From Nitrospirales bacterium (GTDB lineage Bacteria; Nitrospirota; Nitrospiria; Nitrospirales; UBA8639), in NCBI GenBank assembly GCA_965212625.1, contig OZ243124.1:2007898-2071897 (forward strand): 64,000 nt of DNA, given 5' to 3'. Under the pieces are notes generated by a model, which was given only the letters and a program-made list of their open reading frames with translations, was not told the origin of the DNA and made no database searches. Positions 18,954 through 27,509 of the stretch are shown in pieces (within the stretch, counting starts at the first letter, position 1; every line of letters begins with the position of its first letter). A program made the translations under genes and the position numbers.

Positions 18954-19982
18954 ATGCCTGAAATTAGTGAATTTCAACATCCAGATTCAATTTGGACATG
19001 GAAGTCAAATAAGCGTAGGAGAAAGACAACCTTGTGGCTGCCTTATGTCTCTCGGGTGGAGAGTGTCAAGAAGAGAGTCTGGCGGTTTACATATAACGGA
19101 GGCGAGGTCGACACCGATGTGGCACGGCTTGATTGCGTCATGTTTTATGGCGCGACGGGACAGATTCCCATTGCGCTCATTGACGATCTTGCCGCGCTCC
19201 GCGTGCCGCTGCTGGTCCACCGGCGCAACATCGGCCGCCCCGCCGTCTTTTTGCCGGCGCCCAGAGCCGATGCCGACGACATTCTGACGAAACAGATCGT
19301 CGCCCGCACGCATGGCCCGAAACGCGCCTACCTTGCGCGAACCCTGGTGCGCGAGCGGTTCCGAGGCGTGGCAGGCACCTTCTCTCTCCCCGATACGGCC
19401 TATCGGCGGCTTGCCCTGACGCGCACCCTCGGGCAGGTCCGCCTCTGGGAGGCCGAGCACTCACGCAAATACTGGAGGAAGTATTTCGCCAGCCTGGGCC
19501 ATCCGGACGTCACACGGCGGGAGAAAGGGCCGCTCCCCGCTGCGCTCGATGCCGGTTCCATGTTTCTGTCGGGGATTCTCCTCCGCTGGCTGTTGATCCA
19601 CCGGCTTTCACCCAGTCACGGCTTCCTCCATGAAGGGACCGATTACATGGGGCTTGTGTACGATCTCATGGAGCCGGCACGGTACATGATTGAAGAGGCA
19701 CTCGCCGTTGCGTGCAAGTCTCATCTCCCGGACGGCGATGCTGACTCGCTGACGAAATCGACTTTATCCGCAATAAAAAACAACTTGGAAAAGGTTGTCT
19801 ACGTTCCCGCGACCCGTCAGTCCGTCCGCCGCAAAAACCTGTTGCACGGAAACGTGCTGGCACTACGGGCCTATCTTGCCGGCGACATGCGTCGGTTCGT
19901 CATTCCCACCGCGGGGGAACGCAAAGGGGGGCGGCCGCCAAAAGTTTCGTACTGGCTGCCGGGTGATATTCCTTCGAGGTGA
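18954..19982 (+). CDS. cas1: CRISPR-associated integrase Cas1
   Basis: WEAEHSRKYW and GFLHEGTDYMGLVYDLMEPARY match conserved Cas1 Glu/His/Asp-Glu motifs. The start is uncertain: ATG 18954 lies in AT-rich sequence, and a TTG near 19032 is possible. Confidence 0.8.
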   Translation: MPEISEFQHPDSIWTWKSNKRRRKTTLWLPYVSRVESVKKRVWRFTYNGGEVDTDVARLDCVMFYGATGQIPIALIDDLAALRVPLLVHRRNIGRPAVFLPAPRADADDILTKQIVARTHGPKRAYLARTLVRERFRGVAGTFSLPDTAYRRLALTRTLGQVRLWEAEHSRKYWRKYFASLGHPDVTRREKGPLPAALDAGSMFLSGILLRWLLIHRLSPSHGFLHEGTDYMGLVYDLMEPARYMIEEALAVACKSHLPDGDADSLTKSTLSAIKNNLEKVVYVPATRQSVRRKNLLHGNVLALRAYLAGDMRRFVIPTAGERKGGRPPKVSYWLPGDIPSR

Positions 19983-19986
19983 AAGT

Positions 19987-20069
19987 GCCTCCCCTTTTTG
20001 AAGGGCACCCGGGGAGGCGGGGGCGCCTTCCAGGTTGAGGTATGGATGTTAATCCTTGTGCCTGGAAGG
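19987..20069. ncRNA. Candidate anti-repeat (scout/tracr-like) RNA or bidirectional terminator: two hairpins
   Basis: Hairpin 1: gcctcccc (19987-19994) pairs with ggggaggc (20011-20018). Its 16-nt loop contains ttttgaaggg (19996-20005), the reverse complement of repeat positions cccttcaaaa. Hairpin 2: ccttccagg (20026-20034) pairs with cctggaagg (20061-20069). Confidence 0.35.
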
Positions 20070-20092
20070 GAATGTGGGGACATGGTCGGTTA

Positions 20093-23000
20093 TTATCGCT
20101 GCTGGGTCAAGTCCCGCCGTGATTTTTCGGAGTCAATCCGTTCAAAAAAACGCCGTCCGATGTTGATCGATGCGTTTTCATCCGCGTGTCCCTCGAAACC
20201 GCAATCTAGATAGACGCATCTGAAACGGGACTGCGTGGTGTCGGAAGACATTTCGGATGCCGGAGGTTGGCGCATGTTTCGCTTAGCGATAGACTCGACG
20301 CGATGACGCGGTTCGGTCCCTTTTGAGATTGGGACGTTCAGCGGCGGTCTTTCCTTGCGGTGGCGGAAGTTCTTCAAAGCATTGGGCGGATAATCAGCTC
20401 GGTTGAGAAGCCGTATCGTCCCGTTTTTAAGGGCAACGTGGCCAGATTCTCCCACCTCGATCTTGTCCGGCATGTTCCGAAGCTCCTGAAGTGCGTTCCG
20501 GCCGCACCGGTGGCAGGTCTGGCTGGTGCCGGCGGGGTTTACCTTGATGCCGGGGAAGAGGCGAAGCGGCTTGGACGGGCCGGAATACTGATTTTCCGTC
20601 GTGTTCCAGTTCTGGACGTAGATGTAAGGGTGTTCCCAGGTATCTGCCGTGAACCAGTGTTGACGGCGAATGGTCTTGTGCGCGTCCACTTCCGAATACA
20701 CGTAACGCCGCAGGACCGACCCGTAGATCATCTCTAGCTGCCGGCCCCCCGATTCAAAATTGCCAACCGATCTTTCGAGTATGGGAAACCCACGGAACCG
20801 TTCGCACAGGGTCTCAATGCGGTTGCAGACGTCTCCCACGATGTTTTCCCGGAACTGCATCAGGGCGTTCGAGTAGGTCTGGCCGACCTTCTGGTTGGGT
20901 TGCCGCGAACCGCGGTGCCGGCGGACCGCGGCTTGCAATTTCCTGAAGGTGGGAATTGCGACGCTACCGACCTCGAACGGGTCTCGGCAGCCGCTTTCCA
21001 CGAACTTCTTCAGCGAGAAGATCGCGTATCCGATGCGCCGTTCGCCAAGGTCGATGGCAACGATGTTGTCGAAAAGCAGGGCGTCCTTGGTTTCGGGATA
21101 AGGCCGTTTGTCAACGACGGGAACGGCAAGCTCAGCCCGAATTTTCACCGGCTCCGCCGAAAGGCGCACATTCTCACCTTCCAGTTTCAAGGACTGCTTG
21201 AACACCCGGTCCAGGAGCAACGTGTAGTCGCCGAGTTTCACGTCCTTGTCCCTCACGGTCTCCGTCAAGGTGCGGTCCAGCCATGTCTTGAACGAAGGCG
21301 GTCCGACCAATCGAAAGGCCGGCCGTTTGAGAGGTCTCCACCGTTTGAGATCGGTCGCGTTCTTCTTCACGGGCAATCCGGCTAGCCGCGGCGCCGTACC
21401 AGAGCGGAGGTTGAGTTCGACGAACCAGTCGTGGGGCGCTTGGCGCAACAGTGCCCGCGAACCCGGCTCGGGAAAGTTCGCCTTGCTCAAGCCCTCCACT
21501 GTCTTCCGGGGTAGAACCGCGATGGTTTGATCACGCACGACCGCTGGGAGTGCCAAGCCTTTGGCAATCTCGCCCTTGGCTGAGGAATAGTCCGCGGGCG
21601 GCTGCCAAGGGCGGTCCTTCGGGACATAAAACAACTCTTCGTGGTCAAGGCGCAAAAACTTTGCGCGCACGATGAAACTGTCACGAAACGCACGAAACGA
21701 AAGTCCATTGATGTCGCTGTTGAAGAGATTAAACGCGCGCACGGCGACGTTACGGGGAACTGTTTCTGCGTCGAGTTGCGCCGCGAGCAAGGGCGGAATG
21801 TCGACGGCGGCGGTGGCCGGTCTTGCCAAGTGCCCGGGAACAGAGTCGGGCAGTCCGGCGAGCCGCGTCGTAAAGACGAACTCTTCAACCAACAACAGGT
21901 CCCGGAAATGCGCGTGATTCGCGTCTGGAACCGACCTAAGTTCCTTGCGGATTTCCGCTGCGCGCTGCTCCAACCAGGCGAGCCAGTCAATTGCCCGGGC
22001 GCGGTCCATATCGAGACCGTATGCTTGATGACGGGATGTACTGAAAGGGTGCCGATAGATGGCGCCGCTGCGGTTGTGGAAGTAACGATTGGCTTCCTTC
22101 TCATTCAGAAAAATCGGCGTCATTGCTTCCCGAACTCGCCTGGCTGCGCGGGACGACAGCCTGCGCGACATGGCAGCGATGCGGTGAAGCAGGCGTCGAA
22201 GGGCGTATTCGGCCGCAAGACTAGAATCTATCTTACGGTCGGAGAGCGCCTTTCGCTCGCGTTCTTCCAAAGCGGGAAACGGATCAAGAGCAGCACCGCC
22301 CACCCATTCGGTAAGCCGCCGGAAGTGCTCTCGACGCCCCTGCATGGCGCCATTCAGGCGGGTTTCCAGGCGTTGAATCTCGCCGCGCGCGTCGTCGGTT
22401 CCGCCGGATATCCTGTTCAGCTTCGGCAGCTTGGGGAGCTTTTTCAATTCCTTAGAGAATTCCCGCTTAAGCGATTCGAGGCGGTTTGCGCGAGCTTCGT
22501 CTTCGGCGGATTCTCTTTCCTGCTCAAGACGGTTGTCCAACATGGCGAATTGACCCCTCAGTTCGGTCAATTCACTTGCCACGGTGTCGATAGTTTCGAT
22601 CTCCTGCGGCCCTGGAATATCGCCACCTCTCAAGATGGCGAGCGCGGCGCCGGCTTCTTGGACTCGCTCGGGAACACGATCGGAGAGGGCGACCAGACCG
22701 GCCACGTCAGTGTGCTGCCCCGAAAACAGCGAGGCGTTTTCGGCGTCTGTCAGTCGTTCAGGGATCAAGATATCTGGCGGCTGAGAATACAGCGCGGTGA
22801 GTTGACAAATCCGTTTCCAGTAGTTCGAGACCCATGAGGCGATCTTGCCGCCGACCGAGCCGCGGAACTCGGCGTAGCCGTCCGTCTCGAAGATCGGGTT
22901 GACCGGAATCGCGTCTGCGAACACTTTGAGTTGCTCTACCCGTCGCAGTTCTGTGTGAGGGACGGCGAGGGCTTCAACGAGGTGCTCAATACTTGATTGA

Positions 23001-23893
23001 CGAAGGAAGCACAGACCCTTGCCGAACAACCAGGACAACCCGTTATTCTGGCTGGTGACGACCTCTCCATTCAAACGGCCGGCAAATTTGGACGATGTCG
23101 GATCGAGCCCGGGCATGTCCCGTTGCAGTCTGCCGGCGCAAACCGCCACCACCTGATGAAGCCAAATTGCTTCGTTGCCGTCCATGTCCACGAACGGCGA
23201 TTCGGGATCGTGGGCGAGTGTGCCGGACGGACCTCTTCTGCGGTTACATACAGGTGGAAGCGCGCCGATCTTTGGAAAAGAATCTCCAAGAGTTGCAAAA
23301 TACTCGTCTGCGCACGCCAACGCGCCCTCGACAGCGTCGGCGAGGTACTTCCATCCGGAGAATTTTGCGGTGACTTCTGAGGCTATTCCCTTAGCCAACG
23401 ATAATTCAGGCTGATCTTTCTCCGTCTCCTTCGGTGAACGGTTGTTCCAGTCTTGAAACAATCGTCGTGTAAGTTCGTCCGCCGACCACGGGCGCTCAAC
23501 CCCGCCTCTACTTTGTGGGGAAGTGGTAAGGACCTTTTCGATTGACCGGACTGTAACGGCAGGGTTCGTGATTTTGGCGTGTACGGTGAGCGCCGCGGCA
23601 AAGGCAGCTTCGGGGTAGTGCCTTCGATTCACGAACTGGCGTGTTTCCACTTCTTTGGAAAACAGCCGGAACCCGGATAGGTGAATCGCACAGACCAAGC
23701 CGATCAAGCTCCCCCGTGCAATCCCCTCGGTGACGTCGTATGTCCGAGCAGCCGTGTCGAAGTCTATATCGCCGTCCTGGACGTCCAGCTTGAACTTGTA
23801 CGTAAAGACGCTTTCCTTCTGTCGGCGCGCCAATGCGGCTACTTTACGCCGCCAGTCGCGGGCATTCTGACCACCGTAATATTCTCGTCTCAT
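20093..23893 (-). CDS. cas12: Type V CRISPR effector, Cas12c/Cas12d(CasY)-like
   Basis: RuvC-I is IVAIDLGERRIGYAIF. RuvC-II is FPILERSVGNFESGG. RuvC-III is GHADENASINIGRRF. Zn-ribbon cysteines: TSQTCHRCG ... CVYLDCG. ATG 23893 follows GGAG with an 8-nt spacer. The open frame extends to 23983 (1296 aa). Confidence 0.85.
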   Translation of the reverse strand: MRREYYGGQNARDWRRKVAALARRQKESVFTYKFKLDVQDGDIDFDTAARTYDVTEGIARGSLIGLVCAIHLSGFRLFSKEVETRQFVNRRHYPEAAFAAALTVHAKITNPAVTVRSIEKVLTTSPQSRGGVERPWSADELTRRLFQDWNNRSPKETEKDQPELSLAKGIASEVTAKFSGWKYLADAVEGALACADEYFATLGDSFPKIGALPPVCNRRRGPSGTLAHDPESPFVDMDGNEAIWLHQVVAVCAGRLQRDMPGLDPTSSKFAGRLNGEVVTSQNNGLSWLFGKGLCFLRQSSIEHLVEALAVPHTELRRVEQLKVFADAIPVNPIFETDGYAEFRGSVGGKIASWVSNYWKRICQLTALYSQPPDILIPERLTDAENASLFSGQHTDVAGLVALSDRVPERVQEAGAALAILRGGDIPGPQEIETIDTVASELTELRGQFAMLDNRLEQERESAEDEARANRLESLKREFSKELKKLPKLPKLNRISGGTDDARGEIQRLETRLNGAMQGRREHFRRLTEWVGGAALDPFPALEERERKALSDRKIDSSLAAEYALRRLLHRIAAMSRRLSSRAARRVREAMTPIFLNEKEANRYFHNRSGAIYRHPFSTSRHQAYGLDMDRARAIDWLAWLEQRAAEIRKELRSVPDANHAHFRDLLLVEEFVFTTRLAGLPDSVPGHLARPATAAVDIPPLLAAQLDAETVPRNVAVRAFNLFNSDINGLSFRAFRDSFIVRAKFLRLDHEELFYVPKDRPWQPPADYSSAKGEIAKGLALPAVVRDQTIAVLPRKTVEGLSKANFPEPGSRALLRQAPHDWFVELNLRSGTAPRLAGLPVKKNATDLKRWRPLKRPAFRLVGPPSFKTWLDRTLTETVRDKDVKLGDYTLLLDRVFKQSLKLEGENVRLSAEPVKIRAELAVPVVDKRPYPETKDALLFDNIVAIDLGERRIGYAIFSLKKFVESGCRDPFEVGSVAIPTFRKLQAAVRRHRGSRQPNQKVGQTYSNALMQFRENIVGDVCNRIETLCERFRGFPILERSVGNFESGGRQLEMIYGSVLRRYVYSEVDAHKTIRRQHWFTADTWEHPYIYVQNWNTTENQYSGPSKPLRLFPGIKVNPAGTSQTCHRCGRNALQELRNMPDKIEVGESGHVALKNGTIRLLNRADYPPNALKNFRHRKERPPLNVPISKGTEPRHRVESIAKRNMRQPPASEMSSDTTQSRFRCVYLDCGFEGHADENASINIGRRFFERIDSEKSRRDLTQQR

Positions 23894-24358
23894 GAAGTGA
23901 ACTCCATATTTGGGCAATTTCACAATCCCGGTTGGTGAATTCCTTCCCCTGATGCCAAGCCAACCACCTTGGCCGATATCCATTAAGACTATGTAGCGAC
24001 ATGCCCGGTACTGTCAACGCCTAGCTTGGCTAGGGACCAAGCCTCCAGGTTGCCTCCTTCGCTGCAAGGAAAAACTGATTTCAACTCCCGAGGAAAACTT
24101 GAACCTCACGCCTACCCGCCCGCGCCGTTTGTGTGTTTGACTCTCCGATTACGCTATGCGAAAAGGCACTTCAGCGAAAGTGGAAGGGTGCGGTTCATTA
24201 TGAACTGTTCGAGACAGTGCCGGCTTAGATGGTGATCGTTTCAAGGTCCCGACCGCGTGTGTCGCCGAGGTTTCCGGTCTTGACCAGCGGCCACCCCTTC
24301 CTTGTTTGATCGCTGGGTTCCTTTGCGTCTATCAGCCACGCTTTTCCACTCGTCAAGA

Positions 24359-25885
24359 ATGAACCGTTCGCTCATGGACCGTTCTTGGATACTGGTCGTC
24401 TTCGTCGGGTATTGTGCGACGCTGATCGGCATTGCCGTCTTTCGCGGCCGGCGGATGCGGGTGATGTCCGATTACGTGCTTGGGGGGCGGCGGATGAGCA
24501 GTTTCACGTCGGCGCTCAGTGCCAGTTCGTCCGGCACCAGCGGTTGGGCGATTCTGGTGTTTCCGGCGTTGGCCTTCCAGCATGGGTTGGTGGAGGCGTG
24601 GACGGCTCTGGCGTTGGTGGCGGGCATCTGGTCCGGTTGGACGGTGCTCGCGAAACGGCTGCGTCGCTACACCATTGCCGCGGAGGATTCCCTCACCCTG
24701 CCGGAGTTCCTGGAAAAGCGGTTCGGGGACGCCACCGGGACCGTGCGCACGGTGGCGGCGCTCATCACCCTCTTTTTCATCGTCTTCTACCTCAGTTCCG
24801 GCTTGATCGCGGGTTCCAAGTTGTTGGGGACGGTGTTCGGACTGGATGAGATGCTGGGGGTGGTGGTGACGCTCGCGGCCGTGGGGTCCTACACGTTCAT
24901 CGGCGGCTTCCTGGCGGTGTCCAGGACCGACGTGTTTCAGGCGGCGCTGATGCTGGCGGCGTTCGTCATCCTGCCGTTGTGGTTAATCGTCGTGACGGAC
25001 AACCCGTTCGAGGGCCTGGGTGAGACGACGCCCGGCTTCTGGAATCCCTTCACTGACCGGAAGGGCGATCCTCTCAACGCGATCTTTTTGCTCTCGACGG
25101 TAGGATGGGGATTGGGCTACTTGGGCTCGCAGCGCGTGGTGCAGCGTTTCATGGCGGTGGGAAGCGAGGCCAGGATTCCGCAAAGCCGCGCCATCGGCAC
25201 GGCGTGGATGTTCCTCGTCTATCTGTTTGCGCTGTTGCTGGGGCTGGTTGCCCTGCCGGCGCTGTCGGAGGCAGGCCGGCTGGACGAGGTGACGGCCGAC
25301 CCCGAGCGCGTCTATCTTGTGGCGACGCAGGTGTTCTTCCACCCGATCGTGGGCGGGCTGTTGCTGTCCGCGGTGATTGCCGCGGTGATGAGCACGGCGG
25401 ATTCGCAACTGTTGTTGGCGTCGGTGGTCACCACCAATGATCTGCCTTTCGTCAAACGGTACACCGCTGCGCTGGGGGCCGGTGCCCGGGTCCGGTTGGC
25501 CCGGGTTCTGCTCGTGGTGACGGGCGTCGTGGCCGCGGCGTTCTCGATTGTCAACCCGGAATCGGTGTTCGTCCTGGTGTCGTACGCCTGGGGCGGCATG
25601 GGGGCGGCGTTTGCCCCGGTCACGATCATGGCGCTGTACTGGCGCCGGTTCAACGTTCAGGGTGCGGTTGCGGCCATGGTGACCGGTACGGCTGCGGCGT
25701 CAATCTGGGGATACGCTTCGGGCGGTCCCGCCGGGATCATGGACCTGCAACCCGCCACTCCCGGCTGCCTGACGGCGGTGCTGGCGGCCGCCGTCGTGAC
25801 CGTGCTGACGCCTAGGCCGTCCACGGCGGCGGTGGCCCTGTTCGACAAGGTGAACGCTCCCGCCGCAAGACCGGCCAGGCCCTGA
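24359..25885 (+). CDS. putP: Sodium:solute (proline) symporter, SSF family
   Basis: About 508 aa, polytopic membrane protein. GGRRMSSFTSALSASSSGTSGW and further SSF-like segments. The ORF opens at 24302, but ATG 24359 is more plausible. Confidence 0.7.
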   Translation: MNRSLMDRSWILVVFVGYCATLIGIAVFRGRRMRVMSDYVLGGRRMSSFTSALSASSSGTSGWAILVFPALAFQHGLVEAWTALALVAGIWSGWTVLAKRLRRYTIAAEDSLTLPEFLEKRFGDATGTVRTVAALITLFFIVFYLSSGLIAGSKLLGTVFGLDEMLGVVVTLAAVGSYTFIGGFLAVSRTDVFQAALMLAAFVILPLWLIVVTDNPFEGLGETTPGFWNPFTDRKGDPLNAIFLLSTVGWGLGYLGSQRVVQRFMAVGSEARIPQSRAIGTAWMFLVYLFALLLGLVALPALSEAGRLDEVTADPERVYLVATQVFFHPIVGGLLLSAVIAAVMSTADSQLLLASVVTTNDLPFVKRYTAALGAGARVRLARVLLVVTGVVAAAFSIVNPESVFVLVSYAWGGMGAAFAPVTIMALYWRRFNVQGAVAAMVTGTAAASIWGYASGGPAGIMDLQPATPGCLTAVLAAAVVTVLTPRPSTAAVALFDKVNAPAARPARP

Positions 25886-25964
25886 GTTCCGTTGTCCGCT
25901 GTGCCGTCAAGACGGAACCGATTTCGCTTCTGAGGGAAAACTCACATCCCATGCCTGTGCGTGT

Positions 25965-25993
25965 TTGACTCTTCGGCGTCAACGGCGTCTAAT
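25965..25993 (+). promoter_or_regulatory. Candidate sigma70-type promoter (TTGACT-17-TCTAAT)
   Basis: 28 of 31 nt identical to the element at 28278-28308, upstream of recQ. Confidence 0.4.
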
Positions 25994-26024
25994 CAACCCG
26001 TTCATTTCACTCTGGAGTCGCCGA

Positions 26025-27260
26025 ATGGATTTCCACGTCGAACGAAGTTCGAATCGCATTTCGATACAAGGTGGCGTGCAACGTCACCATTTACGGCGCC
26101 TGTGTGCGTCTCTCCATCAAACGATAGTTGATCGTGGCTTTTCCGACGTTGTCTTGGACTTTTCTGCGTGCGACGGCGTGACGGAAGCCGTGATGCTTCC
26201 ACTGATGCCAATCATTACGGACTATCGCAGACGGGGAATCGGCTTCGATTTGATTCTACCGGCGGATGCCCAGCTCAATCGGCTTTTTCTCAATGCCAAC
26301 TGGGGACACCATATCAAACCGGAACGGTATGACCGTTCTTCACACGAAGGCGGCCACGTTCCTGCCCTTCGCTTCGGTGGGATGGACGATCAAAACGAAA
26401 TTCTCGATAACGTCATGAGATTGATTCTGAGGCAACTGGAAACGGATCGGTCAACCCTGAAGGCGATTGAGTGGTCACTTGGGGAAATCATGGATAACGT
26501 ATCCAATCACGCCCAATCACCGGTCGGTGGATTCGTGCAGGCCACGGCATATACAAACAGGAACCAAGTGGAGTTCGTCGTGTCCGACGCCGGCATCGGT
26601 ATTCCCGCGAGCATGCAAATAGACAATCACGCGACGGCACTCAGAGAAGCCATTCACGAAGGGGTTACCAGAGATCCAACCCAAAACGCCGGCAACGGCC
26701 TTTACGGAAGTTATCGCGTTGCCTTGCTGTCGGGCGGTCAATTTGAGATCCATTCCTTGCACGGCCTGTTATCCGTCAACAATCCTGACGAGGGAATCAG
26801 AAATAGTCAGGAGGCGGTGCCCTACAATGGGACGTCCGTTCGATGTGCCATCACGGTCGGCGACCATGAATTGCTCAATAAGGCTCTCCGATTCAAAGAT
26901 GTGCCGCATGATCCGCCCTTTGATTATATTGAGCGTACATTCGAGCGTGGTCGGGGTGACGTGACGCTCAACATGAGAGAGCAGGCGTGGGGTGACTTCG
27001 GCTCTCGTCAGGGGGGAGTGAAGATTCGCAGCGTGATCCGGAATCTCCTGAATCTGAATCATCCGGTTATTCTCGATTTCAACGGCGTCGGCGTCATATC
27101 AAGCAGTTTCGCCGACGAAGTTTTCGGGCGTTTGTTCGTCGAGATGGGACCGCGTGCCTTCATGACGCGAATCGACATGCGGAACGTCGATCCGACCGTT
27201 GAGGGTCTGATCGATCGGGCCATCGTGCAGCGCACCCGGCTCGGGAACGGTGACACGTGA
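26025..27260 (+). CDS. STAS-like N-domain + GHKL ATPase/kinase + C-terminal DUF4325 (STAS-like) protein
   Basis: ATG 26025 follows GGAG. GHKL N-box EIMDNVSNHA, G1 VSDAGIGIP, G2 NAGNGLYG. C-terminus VILDFNGVGVISSSFADEVFGRL is typical of DUF4325. Confidence 0.55.
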   Translation: MDFHVERSSNRISIQGGVQRHHLRRLCASLHQTIVDRGFSDVVLDFSACDGVTEAVMLPLMPIITDYRRRGIGFDLILPADAQLNRLFLNANWGHHIKPERYDRSSHEGGHVPALRFGGMDDQNEILDNVMRLILRQLETDRSTLKAIEWSLGEIMDNVSNHAQSPVGGFVQATAYTNRNQVEFVVSDAGIGIPASMQIDNHATALREAIHEGVTRDPTQNAGNGLYGSYRVALLSGGQFEIHSLHGLLSVNNPDEGIRNSQEAVPYNGTSVRCAITVGDHELLNKALRFKDVPHDPPFDYIERTFERGRGDVTLNMREQAWGDFGSRQGGVKIRSVIRNLLNLNHPVILDFNGVGVISSSFADEVFGRLFVEMGPRAFMTRIDMRNVDPTVEGLIDRAIVQRTRLGNGDT

Positions 27261-27509
27261 CGCGCGTACTGCCGCGACCGGCCAGCGGCTCAACCGCCGT
27301 GAAAAATTCCGCGTTGATGGTCCTCAATGGTGTACGCAATCGTCGCATTCGGCGAAGACGCGGATGATACCGGTTTGTCTCATTGCAAACTCGTTCCGCG
27401 TCTGCTATAAACGGGGTCGTCTCAATCGTTGTGGCGGTCACAATCCGGCCCACGTGGGGCCGCTGGGTGATCGTCATGATGCCGTTAATCTTCTTTTTCG
27501 TCTTCATCC

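Noticed and set aside
18123-19287. ORFs 18123-18815, 18176-18433 and 18553-19287, encoding repetitive NSPSKL / LQFPFKTG / PPIPLQNW proteins
   Set aside because: They are translations of the CRISPR repeats in three frames. Their periodicity equals the repeat-spacer period, so they are not genes.
19871-20213. Small ORFs between and overlapping the cas1 and cas12 ends (19998-20213 +, 19871-20083 -), considered as possible cas2 or cas4
   Set aside because: They show no Cas2 or Cas4 motifs (no ferredoxin-like pattern, no RecB motif or Cys cluster). They overlap the cas12 3' end and the hairpin region, so the locus is judged Cas1-only.
23894-24300. Repeat-like fragments upstream of cas12 (gaattccttcccct at ~23937; cctcc...aaaactga at ~24053-24078) as an orphan repeat or tracr source
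   Set aside because: Only 6-7-nt matches to parts of the repeat, with a non-matching centre, which is within chance expectation. The region remains an alternative place to look for a trans RNA, but the sequence itself does not support a claim.
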